Below are positions 30,422 through 39,663 of a stretch of DNA of 64,000 nt, piece after piece; position 1 is the first letter of the stretch, and the number at the start of each line of letters is the position of its first letter. The notes under the pieces were generated by a model that saw only the letters and a list, made by a program, of their open reading frames with translations, did no database searches and was not told the origin of the DNA. A program made the translations under genes and the position numbers. This stretch comes from Candidatus Yanofskybacteria bacterium CG10_big_fil_rev_8_21_14_0_10_36_16 (GTDB lineage Bacteria > Patescibacteriota > Minisyncoccia > 2-02-FULL-40-12 > IGHO2-01-FULL-4-A), in assembly GCA_002794035.1 (NCBI GenBank), contig PCXQ01000004.1, forward strand, positions 97,213 through 161,212, in the 5' to 3' direction.

Positions 30422-31404
30422 CCAATCATCATTTTTATTAAACTGCTTAAATTTGTTTGGGGTTTCCACCCCAATTTTTTATTTATTTTTTTAATATTTG
30501 CAACAATTGGCAACTCATTTTCTCTATAATATTTTCTATTAATTTTCACTACGACATTTTTATGATTATCCAGTCCCACTTCATTAATACCCCCTCCTTG
30601 CCAATTCAATTTTATATTCAAAACTTTTGCAGATATTTCCACAAAATCTCTAACAGAATGCAATTTACCTGTTGCAATAACATAGTCATCAGGTTGAGGC
30701 TGCTGGAGCATGAGCCACATTGCTTTAACATAATCTCCGGCAAAACCCCAGTCTTTTTTAGAATTCAAATTTCCCAACTCTAAAATACCTTTACCAGTCT
30801 TTTTAATTTGTTTAAGTGACTCTACTATTTTTGTAGTTACAAATCTTTTGTCTCGCCTTGGTGATTCGTGATTAAATAAAAATCCTGAACAAATATAATA
30901 ATTCTGTTTTCTATAATTTATTATAAATTCTTTGTGAGCTTTTATTTTTGCTTTTGCATAATTATTTCTATTGCACATGGATGACTTTTCATTTATAGAA
31001 CCGCTTTTTTCACAAAACATCTGAGAAGATCCGGCCTGAAATATTCTAGCTTTTGGATTAACACTAAAAACATTTTTAACCAAATAACCAACGGATCTAT
31101 AATTTAAATCCATGGTTAATTTAGGATTATTTTTTGCTGTTGTTAAATCTGACACACCAGCCAAATTATAAACTTCATCTGGTTGAGATTTTTCAACTGC
31201 TTTTTCTATGTCTTTTTGATTTTTTAAATCCCCTTTTATGAATATTATTTTCTTTGCGAGTCTATTTAAATAAGCACTTTTTTGAGAAGGTTTTTTTTGA
31301 TCAAAACCAAACACTTTATAGTCTTTATCTAATAAAAATTCGGCCAAGTACGATCCGTCTTGACCGAATACCCCCATTATTAAAACATTCTTAGTATTTT
31401 TCAT
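30418..31404 (-). CDS. NDP-sugar 4,6-dehydratase, GDP-mannose 4,6-dehydratase-like paralog
   Basis: [18 protein letters not shown] and FNHESPRR Gmd-type motifs, divergent from gmd at 18124. Confidence 0.7.
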   Translation of the reverse strand: MKNTKNVLIMGVFGQDGSYLAEFLLDKDYKVFGFDQKKPSQKSAYLNRLAKKIIFIKGDLKNQKDIEKAVEKSQPDEVYNLAGVSDLTTAKNNPKLTMDLNYRSVGYLVKNVFSVNPKARIFQAGSSQMFCEKSGSINEKSSMCNRNNYAKAKIKAHKEFIINYRKQNYYICSGFLFNHESPRRDKRFVTTKIVESLKQIKKTGKGILELGNLNSKKDWGFAGDYVKAMWLMLQQPQPDDYVIATGKLHSVRDFVEISAKVLNIKLNWQGGGINEVGLDNHKNVVVKINRKYYRENELPIVANIKKINKKLGWKPQTNLSSLIKMMIG

Positions 31405-31792
31405 ATGACTTTTCTTCTATAATATCTGATTTTAACAATAAGTTTATTTCTTTTTTGATTGCCGATCTTTCATCATTATTTTTAAATGCTCCGCGTGCAA
31501 ATTCTATAAATTCTTTATCAAAATTTTTATCTCTTTCTTTTGATCTCTTTCCATCCTCAATATCCCAGCCTTTAAAACTTAATTTTTTTAATTTTTCAAA
31601 AAGTCTAGCCAATTCTGGTGATGATTTTATGTGCTGTTTCATTGTCTTCTTTAAAATATTAAGCTCATGCTTAACATTTTTTAATTTTTCTTTATCAGAA
31701 ATTTTCTTTATTTTAACTTCAAGAATGGCTATCTTGTCCAATAATTCTGCAGGTGAAATAGGTACCAATATTTCATTTATTTTTTTATTCAT
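31391..31792 (-). CDS. Hypothetical coiled-coil protein
   Basis: Lys/Glu-rich, no domain recognised. Confidence 0.3.
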   Translation of the reverse strand: MNKKINEILVPISPAELLDKIAILEVKIKKISDKEKLKNVKHELNILKKTMKQHIKSSPELARLFEKLKKLSFKGWDIEDGKRSKERDKNFDKEFIEFARGAFKNNDERSAIKKEINLLLKSDIIEEKSYEKY

Positions 31793-31813
31793 ATTTTTTA
31801 TAATTTTATTAAA

Positions 31814-32893
31814 TTATCTATTACTCATTATTGACTCCACCTCCTTGGTTACATCTTCGATAGATATTGAATTTATATCTTTATTTTCAGATGCCACAAC
31901 TCTATTTAACGGACCCGGGGTACGATGATATTCTCTAGGATCTGTAGGACCAACCAAAACAATATTTGGTACATCAAAAGCATCTGCGGTCACCATAGGA
32001 CCTGAATCATTCCCTATTACTAAATGTAATTTTGAAATCGTGGCCTTAAATTCATCAAGCGACTGATTAAGTAAGTTTATTACTTTTATGTCTGAACTTA
32101 AATATTTTAAAATTTCCGATATTGGCCCCTCATCTCTTCCTGCGCCAAGTAATATAATTTTTGCATTATGTTTTCTTTTAAGATATTCTGCCAATTTTGC
32201 AAATCTTTCTGAAGGCCACCAACGTTCAGGCACTGCTCCCCCAGATGCTATACCTACAACAAAATCTTTTTTAATATCTATATTATTTTTATTGAGGATT
32301 TCATTCACATTTTTATCTGCTTCTTCTGAAAAATAAAGGCGAAAATGAACATTACCATTATTGGCATTAATTGGTTCAAGTAATTTTAAATACTGAGGCG
32401 GAACATATTGACCATTATAAAATGATTTACCTATAACATTATTAGACAATAATGAATAAGATATAGATTTTATTGGTTTATCATTAATTGTCGTAAATGC
32501 TGAAATTGATTTAATTCCTGAAAAATAAAGCAACGCCAATCCCTCTGCGCTACCGGCATTAGCGAGACAAGCAAAGTCTATATGCTCTTTCTTTAGGCGC
32601 TTAATCACAGTCCAGAAATTACCATCGTATTGTAAATATTCATCTATATCAGGATTATTTCTTATTACCTCCTCTACCCGACCGGCCCCAACTAAATAAA
32701 GTTTGCTGTTGGGATATTTGTGTTTTATGGCCCCGAACATAGGCGTTATATAAACAACATCCCCTATGTGGGGTTTTGTCCTTAAAATCAGAATTTTGTC
32801 TGGATTGCTGATTATCTGATTTGATTTACCACCAAAAAATGAGTAAAAATAAGCAAAAATCAACAAAAATAAATTTTTAATCTTAGAAAACAT
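31814..32893 (-). CDS. Glycosyltransferase family 9 (ADP-heptose:LPS heptosyltransferase-like)
   Basis: GT9 signature IGNDSGPMVTADAFDVPNIVLVGPTDP. Confidence 0.7.
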   Translation of the reverse strand: MFSKIKNLFLLIFAYFYSFFGGKSNQIISNPDKILILRTKPHIGDVVYITPMFGAIKHKYPNSKLYLVGAGRVEEVIRNNPDIDEYLQYDGNFWTVIKRLKKEHIDFACLANAGSAEGLALLYFSGIKSISAFTTINDKPIKSISYSLLSNNVIGKSFYNGQYVPPQYLKLLEPINANNGNVHFRLYFSEEADKNVNEILNKNNIDIKKDFVVGIASGGAVPERWWPSERFAKLAEYLKRKHNAKIILLGAGRDEGPISEILKYLSSDIKVINLLNQSLDEFKATISKLHLVIGNDSGPMVTADAFDVPNIVLVGPTDPREYHRTPGPLNRVVASENKDINSISIEDVTKEVESIMSNR

Positions 32894-32986
32894 TGTAATA
32901 AAATAATAAACTATTACTTGCAGTATAGCAAATTATGTTATATTATCGTGTTGGTGAACCTTTATAAATAAATAGGAGAAACAAGA

Positions 32987-33187
32987 GTGAGCCTACTGAA
33001 AGGAAACTACAATTTACCAAAAAAGAAAGAAGGTAAAGAAAAGAAAGATAGGGAAAAAGATAAAAGTCTAGAAGAAGAATTTGAAGCAGCAGCACTTAAA
33101 AAACTAGGTGGAAGTATTACTTTTGTTAAAAAGGGCAAAGGTTTTGTACATGGCACAAAAACAAAAGAAAACAAGGGAGAAGAATAA
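32987..33187 (+). CDS. Small Lys/Glu-rich protein (66 aa), GTG start with AGGAG RBS
   Basis: RBS ataggagaaacaagaGTG; stop overlaps start of next gene (ATGA). Confidence 0.3.
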   Translation: MSLLKGNYNLPKKKEGKEKKDREKDKSLEEEFEAAALKKLGGSITFVKKGKGFVHGTKTKENKGEE

Positions 33188-34188
33188 TGTCTCTAGGCAA
33201 AAAACTCTCTCTTAAAATTGGTGAAGCAACGGCCCTTAAAACAGAGTCAATTGGATTAAAAAACGCCAAAAGAAATGCCCCCTATTTCAGTAACACAGTA
33301 GAAGATTTGGCCGTTTCAAATAAAGAAGCGGCCATTGTTATAGTTGGTGGTCCTAGTTTACACAGAAAAAACCCTGTAGAAAAAATATTAAATTCTAATT
33401 TTAAGGGTGATATTGTAACAGCAGATGGTTCTTTAGGCTATTGCTTAAGAAATGGCTTAGTTCCAGATTATGTTTTGTGCTTAGACCCTCATCCATATAG
33501 AATTGTGCGATGGTTTGGAGACCCCGACTTGGAATCAAGACCTGAAGATGATTATTATTCGAGACAAGATTTAGACCCAGAACATTGGAAAGATGAAAAA
33601 AAATGGAATAAAGAACTAATTAAACTTGTAAATCATCACGGCCCAAGAATAAAAGCCATCCTTTCTACTAGCGTAGACACCACGATAACCAAGCGTTGTA
33701 TTGAGGCTGGTATGGAAATATTTTGGTGGAACCCACTCTATGATGATATTGATGAACCAAACAGTGTCGCAAAAAAATTAAATGATGAAACCGGAATTCC
33801 TTGTATGGTAACGGGTGGCAACGTTGGTACCGCCTCTTGGATATTTGCCCACGCAATACTCAATAGAAAGCATGTTGCTTTAGCTGGAATAGATTTAAGC
33901 TATGCTCCGGGAACGCCCCATAGAAATACCCAATATTATTATGAGCTAATTGAACTTTTTGGTGATAGAGCGCCTGAGGCATTTATTGATATTTATAATC
34001 CCTACTTAAATGAAACTTGGTTCACAGATCCAACATATTATTGGTTTAAAAATGTGTTTCTAGAATTAGCCCCAGAAGCCAACTGTACAACATATAATTG
34101 CACGGAAGGTGGTATATTATTTGAAGATCCAATTAAATTTATACCTATGTCCGAATTTCTTTATAAATTTACTGAGAGAGGAGAATAA
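33187..34188 (+). CDS. DUF115/MptE-like (Maf-type motility-accessory-factor family) putative glycosyltransferase
   Basis: IVIVGGPSL ... TADGSLGYCLRNGLVPDYVLCLDPHP matches PF01973 core (GPSL...P-D-y-v-s-l-D). Confidence 0.6.
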   Translation: MSLGKKLSLKIGEATALKTESIGLKNAKRNAPYFSNTVEDLAVSNKEAAIVIVGGPSLHRKNPVEKILNSNFKGDIVTADGSLGYCLRNGLVPDYVLCLDPHPYRIVRWFGDPDLESRPEDDYYSRQDLDPEHWKDEKKWNKELIKLVNHHGPRIKAILSTSVDTTITKRCIEAGMEIFWWNPLYDDIDEPNSVAKKLNDETGIPCMVTGGNVGTASWIFAHAILNRKHVALAGIDLSYAPGTPHRNTQYYYELIELFGDRAPEAFIDIYNPYLNETWFTDPTYYWFKNVFLELAPEANCTTYNCTEGGILFEDPIKFIPMSEFLYKFTERGE

Positions 34189-34189
34189 G

Positions 34190-35812
34190 ATGGCAAAAGT
34201 ACTGTTTGTTAACCCAACTGTAAGACAAGAAGACAACCCCCTGCACATCCCTTATGGAATTGCCCTTTTGGCTGCAATATCTGACAAGAAAGGCCACCAA
34301 GTTCAAATCTTAGATGCAAACGCATGGAGACCTGATGACGACGAACTGCGTGAAGCAATAAAATCAGATAGATGGGATGTAATAGCTATAGGAGGAATTA
34401 CCACGACATATGGATACACTAAAAAAGTTTTAAAATATACAAAAGAAGATTCTCCAAAATCATTGAGAGTTATTGGCGGTGGCATATTAACGAGTATGCC
34501 ACAAGACATGATGAAACTAATCCCAGAAATAGACATTGGGGTTATTGGAGAAGCATTTGTAACTTTCCCTGAAATTCTAGAAAAAATTGATAAAAAAGAA
34601 CAAAACTGGGAATCTGTTTTAGGTATTATATGGAGAGATAAATATGGAAAATCCCACCTGAATCCAGAGAGGGCTCTGATTTCAGATCTTGATCAGCTTC
34701 CCTACCCAGCATGGAACATGCTACCCATGAAAGAGGTGTATTTCAAAAATAGTTCCCTTCTCTACAGCGAAGAGGCATATAGCTCCAAAGTAAGAATGGA
34801 TATAAACGGAAGTTTCGGTTGTCCATTTATATGTCGTTTCTGTTTCCATCTTGGTCTTGCTGGTGATTTGCATTACGACAACCCTAACAATGATCAAGCT
34901 GATACTATTTTTACACACAACAGAATAAACAGAGTCCACAGCCCTCATTATCTAGTAAAAATGGTAAAGTATATGCGAGATAATTATGGAACTGACTTTG
35001 TTTTATTTTTTGATGAGAATCTATTGGCAATGAATGTCTATATGAAAAACCAATGGTTGCCTGAAATCTGCCGTTTGTGGATTGAGGAAGGATTGCAACC
35101 ACAATGCACAAAAGATAACGTCCCACATGATCCTAAAAAATGTAAAGGTGTCCACTGGGGTGGAACAAGTCATGCAACGCTTGCCAACCCTGAACTACTT
35201 GCGCAAATGCATGAAGCTGGCTGCTCTCAACTCTTATATGGTTATGAATCATTTTCTAAAAGGATTCTAAAAAATGTAGGCAAAGGCGCCACTCCACAAA
35301 CCAATGAACGCTCACTTCACATGACCCTAGATGCTGGAATTAGACCAATCCCCAATCAAATGATGGGGTTCCCTGATGAATTTTTTGACAGTTTAATTGA
35401 CTGCGTCAATGCCTGGGAAAGAATGGGCATTGTTGTAAAACCATTTTTTGCCACTCCATATCCTGGTTCCGAATGGTATTATAAGTATAAAGATAAGATT
35501 CTTGAGCAATACGGCTACTCGGGCAATAGAGAATCTGATTACCTTGAAGCTCTAGATGCCTTTTTGATAGATCTTGGTGATGCTACAAAAATTACAGCTA
35601 CAATTTCACAGTACTTTACACCTGTTGAATTGCTGGGCCTTAGAGAGCTCATGGTAAATCGTGCTATTAAAAGAATAAAAGAATATGAAAAACACTGGAG
35701 GAGTCTCCACAACATTCATGGAGAACCCTCTTTTGATGATGTTAAATGGGCTCCAGCCCAACAAAAAAGAAAGGACGCTGGAGCATCTCAATTAGCTAAT
35801 ATAAAGTTATGA
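34190..35812 (+). CDS. B12-binding domain radical SAM protein (class B radical SAM, likely methyltransferase)
   Basis: N-terminal cobalamin-binding-like domain; radical SAM CxxxCxxC as CPFICRFC; start at 34190 after RBS gagagaggag. Confidence 0.8.
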   Translation: MAKVLFVNPTVRQEDNPLHIPYGIALLAAISDKKGHQVQILDANAWRPDDDELREAIKSDRWDVIAIGGITTTYGYTKKVLKYTKEDSPKSLRVIGGGILTSMPQDMMKLIPEIDIGVIGEAFVTFPEILEKIDKKEQNWESVLGIIWRDKYGKSHLNPERALISDLDQLPYPAWNMLPMKEVYFKNSSLLYSEEAYSSKVRMDINGSFGCPFICRFCFHLGLAGDLHYDNPNNDQADTIFTHNRINRVHSPHYLVKMVKYMRDNYGTDFVLFFDENLLAMNVYMKNQWLPEICRLWIEEGLQPQCTKDNVPHDPKKCKGVHWGGTSHATLANPELLAQMHEAGCSQLLYGYESFSKRILKNVGKGATPQTNERSLHMTLDAGIRPIPNQMMGFPDEFFDSLIDCVNAWERMGIVVKPFFATPYPGSEWYYKYKDKILEQYGYSGNRESDYLEALDAFLIDLGDATKITATISQYFTPVELLGLRELMVNRAIKRIKEYEKHWRSLHNIHGEPSFDDVKWAPAQQKRKDAGASQLANIKL

Positions 35813-35817
35813 TAATA

Positions 35818-35845
35818 AATACCCCACAGGGGTATTTTTATTTTT
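35818..35845 (+). terminator. Rho-independent terminator (atacccc-aca-ggggtat + TTTTTATTTTTT)
   Basis: Hairpin + T-run directly after rSAM stop. Confidence 0.55.
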
Positions 35846-37448
35846 TAGCTTTAACAATTATATTCCCGGAATACAAGAGTTTATCATCACCACTCAATAT
35901 TTTGGCCAGTATTTTTTGTAACAAACGTATTGGCATACTTTTTCTGACTCTGTTGGGGTAAACTCTTATTTCAGAAAAGCCAGCTTGACTAAGCAATTGA
36001 ATAATTAATGCTTTTGTATAAGCCCACTCATGAGTTAAATCTGAAAACAAGGTATGAATGCCATGAATACTATCAGCGTTTGGCATCTCTGCCACAAACA
36101 CACCCCCTTTTTCAAGATTTTTAAATATTAAATTCAACAACTCAGGCACGCGTTCTTTTTTTATGTGTTCAACAACATTTATAGCCGTAATAGCGCCGTA
36201 GTTTTCGCTTGAAGCTTTTTTTAAATAATCTATGATATCTCCCGTATTAATATTTTTTAAACCAAATTTATTCTTAGCATAATCTGTAAAATTTTTTACA
36301 ATATCTACACCCTCATAATTTTCATATCCCTGTTTTCGGCAAAAATCTAAAAATAGACCGAATCCACATCCAAGATCAATTATTTTTTTAGATTTATCCT
36401 TGGGCAATAAAGGCAAGATAAGATCATGGTAATCTTTAACTCGGGTTTTAATAAGATTCTCATCAAACATCTCATAAGTACTTTCGTAAACAACAATTTT
36501 TTGAGGTTCACTATATCCTAAATCATCTTTCTCATATTCAATATTTTTTATATCTTCTTTTTTGTTTAGGTTCATTTCATTTGATTGTATATCATGATTC
36601 TTTATAATCGACACACACGCAACAGCAGAAGCCCCTGCTATTTTGTTTAATTTCTCGTGCAAGCCAATATAACCATAAGAAGAATTATCACATTTACCAA
36701 CTTCAGATTTTTGCCAACCATTTTCAAAATATTTAAAGTAAGATACAGAACCCTCGTTATTAAAAGGCTCAATTAATCTATGGACCATTTGTTTATTAAA
36801 TTGTTGGAAAAATCCATGATTTTCATATTTGCCAAAAGGTACAGTAATTAATAATTGCCCTCCGGGTTTTAAAACTCTTTTTAATTCTAAGATTGCTTTT
36901 AAATAATCCTTACTACTGTTTTCATTATATTTATCTCCTGTATTATAAATCTCTGAATTGTCCATACCCACATGTTCGAGTGTTGAAATGCAAGTAATTG
37001 CATCAAAAAGATTATCCCTAAAAGGAAGATCCCGAATATCACCAAAAACATAAGAAACCCCTTTCCGCCAAAAACAATTTGATTCAGGCGCTAAGGTTGT
37101 AATTGTTATTTCTTTATTTTTTAATTTCTGATGATATAACAAAACCTCAAAATTTAAAGCCGAACCAGCATCTAATAATTTGCCAGATTCTTCAGATAAA
37201 TTAGCTAAAATCCATGGGTATTCAACAATTCTTTCATCAACACCCAATCCATAGCCACTAGACAAGTTACCTTTGTAAAATTTTTCCAATAGATCTTTAT
37301 TTTGGATGTTCCCTTTTATTTCTTTCCATTTGTACTCAAAATAACCCTTACTCCAAGGTTTCTTACCTCTTGTTTTATATAAATCAATTACCAACCACGC
37401 CCTGATTTTTTTATAAAATTTTAATAATTTAAAAAATATTTTCTTCAT
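35838..37448 (-). CDS. Fusion of two class I SAM-dependent methyltransferase domains
   Basis: Domain 1 LKPGGQLLITVP; domain 2 IIDLGCGFGLF...GGVFVAEMPN. Confidence 0.7.
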   Translation of the reverse strand: MKKIFFKLLKFYKKIRAWLVIDLYKTRGKKPWSKGYFEYKWKEIKGNIQNKDLLEKFYKGNLSSGYGLGVDERIVEYPWILANLSEESGKLLDAGSALNFEVLLYHQKLKNKEITITTLAPESNCFWRKGVSYVFGDIRDLPFRDNLFDAITCISTLEHVGMDNSEIYNTGDKYNENSSKDYLKAILELKRVLKPGGQLLITVPFGKYENHGFFQQFNKQMVHRLIEPFNNEGSVSYFKYFENGWQKSEVGKCDNSSYGYIGLHEKLNKIAGASAVACVSIIKNHDIQSNEMNLNKKEDIKNIEYEKDDLGYSEPQKIVVYESTYEMFDENLIKTRVKDYHDLILPLLPKDKSKKIIDLGCGFGLFLDFCRKQGYENYEGVDIVKNFTDYAKNKFGLKNINTGDIIDYLKKASSENYGAITAINVVEHIKKERVPELLNLIFKNLEKGGVFVAEMPNADSIHGIHTLFSDLTHEWAYTKALIIQLLSQAGFSEIRVYPNRVRKSMPIRLLQKILAKILSGDDKLLYSGNIIVKAKK

Positions 37449-37474
37449 ATTTAATAAGTCAAAAAAACAAATAA

Positions 37475-38662
37475 CTATCTAAAAAGATAAATCTCGTCAT
37501 ATACATCGTTTACGGGACTCACCAGTCTCCTAATATTTATTCCGCTTTTAATATCATTAAAAAATAATGTCTTATTAAGACCCAGGAGGGGTTCTAATAT
37601 GTTTTTATAAAACCTATTCGCCTTATTAATTTTAAAACTTGCAAGATCTACAAAATCTAAGCTGGCTGTATCAAAATGAAATTTTAGATTCGCATATGTC
37701 ATAAAATTTATTTTTATATTATTTTTAAAATAAGACATCATACAATTTTCAACAAATTCAAAATAACTAAACCCAATCAATATATCAGAAGATTTTACTG
37801 GCAATTTTTTAATTTTATTAGATAATAAAATACTATTTAAAATTGTTTTTGGTTTAAGAGAATAAAAAAATCTTGGTAAAATAATTATTGTATCAAAATA
37901 ATCTCTAATATTTGTTTTGTGTTTCTCAGACCAACGATGATGATTAGAAATTACTAAATTAATCTTTTTAGTATAATCAATTTCTTTCATTAAAATAGCC
38001 AATGCAACAACTGCGGGCACATATCTTGTCTCGGCAACAGACAACCAAACTGAGCCCTTGTTTTTATTAAAAACACCCCTAAGTTTATTTTCCAATATTT
38101 TGTTTTCTTTTATTTCTTTTTGATTATTTACACAGTCAGATCCAATGTTTTTAATAAAAAAATTGTCTGGCATATCCCCAAACCAAAGCTGCATAAAACC
38201 ATAAGTTTGCTCATCAAAACAATTTAAAAACCCCCTAAAAAACACGTGGGAGTTTATCCCGAAATTATAAGAAGATATAGAAGAAGTAGAACAAACAGAA
38301 AAAGTACTATCAATATTTTTTTTATTTTTCCATAAAAAATCCTCTGATGATTCCCCGTTCCTAAAAAAAGTAAAACCATCTAATTTTAACTGTTTAAATT
38401 CATCGGTTTCGTCAGGGTGGGGTTTGTAATACAACTTATGCCCTTTATACTTTTTTTTTATATATTCAAGACATTGATTAGTTTTTTTAACGAATTCTTT
38501 AACATTTAAATTCCTAATATTTTTAAAATCAGCCCCAAAAAAAACAATGCAATTTGGCTCTACTGTGGGAGATTTTTGTTTTTTTTCTAATATATAATAA
38601 GGGTGGGATACCTTAAAAATGTTTTTTTTAGTCCAGTTAACACCACTTTTTTTTAAATACAT
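37475..38662 (-). CDS. Uncharacterised protein family A (paralog of 51373..52575); candidate nonulosonic-acid transferase with HP motif
   Basis: About 40 percent identity to 51373..52575 (shared YKPHPDETDE/YKAHPHETDE, HHRW, RWFYSLKP, SYFKNN, IIEPLLGLN). Confidence 0.45.
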   Translation of the reverse strand: MYLKKSGVNWTKKNIFKVSHPYYILEKKQKSPTVEPNCIVFFGADFKNIRNLNVKEFVKKTNQCLEYIKKKYKGHKLYYKPHPDETDEFKQLKLDGFTFFRNGESSEDFLWKNKKNIDSTFSVCSTSSISSYNFGINSHVFFRGFLNCFDEQTYGFMQLWFGDMPDNFFIKNIGSDCVNNQKEIKENKILENKLRGVFNKNKGSVWLSVAETRYVPAVVALAILMKEIDYTKKINLVISNHHRWSEKHKTNIRDYFDTIIILPRFFYSLKPKTILNSILLSNKIKKLPVKSSDILIGFSYFEFVENCMMSYFKNNIKINFMTYANLKFHFDTASLDFVDLASFKINKANRFYKNILEPLLGLNKTLFFNDIKSGINIRRLVSPVNDVYDEIYLFR

Positions 38663-38670
38663 AATTAAAA

Positions 38671-39663
38671 TTATATAATTTTTTCTATTTTTTTTACATT
38701 TATATTATCGCTGGATGAAAATTTTAAATCTGTGCCAATTTTTTCAAAACCGTCATAAAACCTTGGTGCAAAATCAAGATTGTGAATACTGCTTGTGGGC
38801 ACAAGCACGAACATTTCTTTATTGGACCATATTTCTTTATTCCAATCATTGTCACCAGCAAGATCCTCATGTAATTTATCACCAGCGCGGTCTCCTATAT
38901 ATTTTATTTTTATATTTCCCCTTGGATAATATTTTTTTATAAAAATATTTGCCAAATCACCCATGCTGGCTGATGGCATTTTTAAAATAAATATTTCACC
39001 TCCTTGAGATAATTGTGACGCCTTAAGAATTAATTTAATAGATTGTTGTATAGACATAAAAAATCTAGTAGCGTCTTTGTTGGTTACTTTAATTTTACCG
39101 CCAACTTCTGCCTGCTTCTTCCACATTGTCAAAACTGATCCATCCGACCATGCCACATTACCAAATCTAACACATGAAAGCTTAATCTTGTCTGATAAAT
39201 AAAAATTAGAATTTATAAATAATTTCTCCATCATTAATTTTGAAACACCCAACACATTAAAAGGATTAGCAACCTTATCTGTAGAAATAGCAATTACTTT
39301 TTGTACTCCATTGTGTAAAGCAGCATCTATAATATTATGCGATCCAATAATGTTTGTCTTCATGGCTTCGGATGGATTATATTCACAAAAAGGCACATGC
39401 TTAAGTGCTGCTGTATGAAAAACCACATCAACCCCCTTAAATGCAAGCTGCAATCTATCTCGGTCTCTTATGTCACCAATAAGCATACTTAAATTTTTAG
39501 GATATTTAAGCTTTTCTAAAAGGTTATATTGTCGAGTTTCATTTCTAGATAAAACTCTAACCTGCTTAGGGTTAAACCTTAAAATCTGCATTACTAATTC
39601 TGAACCAACACTACCAGTTCCCCCAGTTACTAAAATTGTTTTCCCAATAAATTCGTTAACCAT
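38671..39663 (-). CDS. UDP-GlcNAc 4,6-dehydratase, PseB/LegB/CapD family
   Basis: ILVTGGTGSVGSEL, HTAALKHVP, ISTDKVANP motifs of PseB/FlaA1 family. Confidence 0.8.
   Translation of the reverse strand: MVNEFIGKTILVTGGTGSVGSELVMQILRFNPKQVRVLSRNETRQYNLLEKLKYPKNLSMLIGDIRDRDRLQLAFKGVDVVFHTAALKHVPFCEYNPSEAMKTNIIGSHNIIDAALHNGVQKVIAISTDKVANPFNVLGVSKLMMEKLFINSNFYLSDKIKLSCVRFGNVAWSDGSVLTMWKKQAEVGGKIKVTNKDATRFFMSIQQSIKLILKASQLSQGGEIFILKMPSASMGDLANIFIKKYYPRGNIKIKYIGDRAGDKLHEDLAGDNDWNKEIWSNKEMFVLVPTSSIHNLDFAPRFYDGFEKIGTDLKFSSSDNINVKKIEKII

Noticed and set aside
32987-33187. Small Lys-rich ORF + B12 radical SAM as a RiPP precursor/maturase pair
   Set aside because: The peptide is highly charged and low complexity with no Cys/Ser/Thr-rich core or leader-like segment. 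Context is overwhelmingly carbohydrate metabolism, so the rSAM is more plausibly a glycan methyltransferase.
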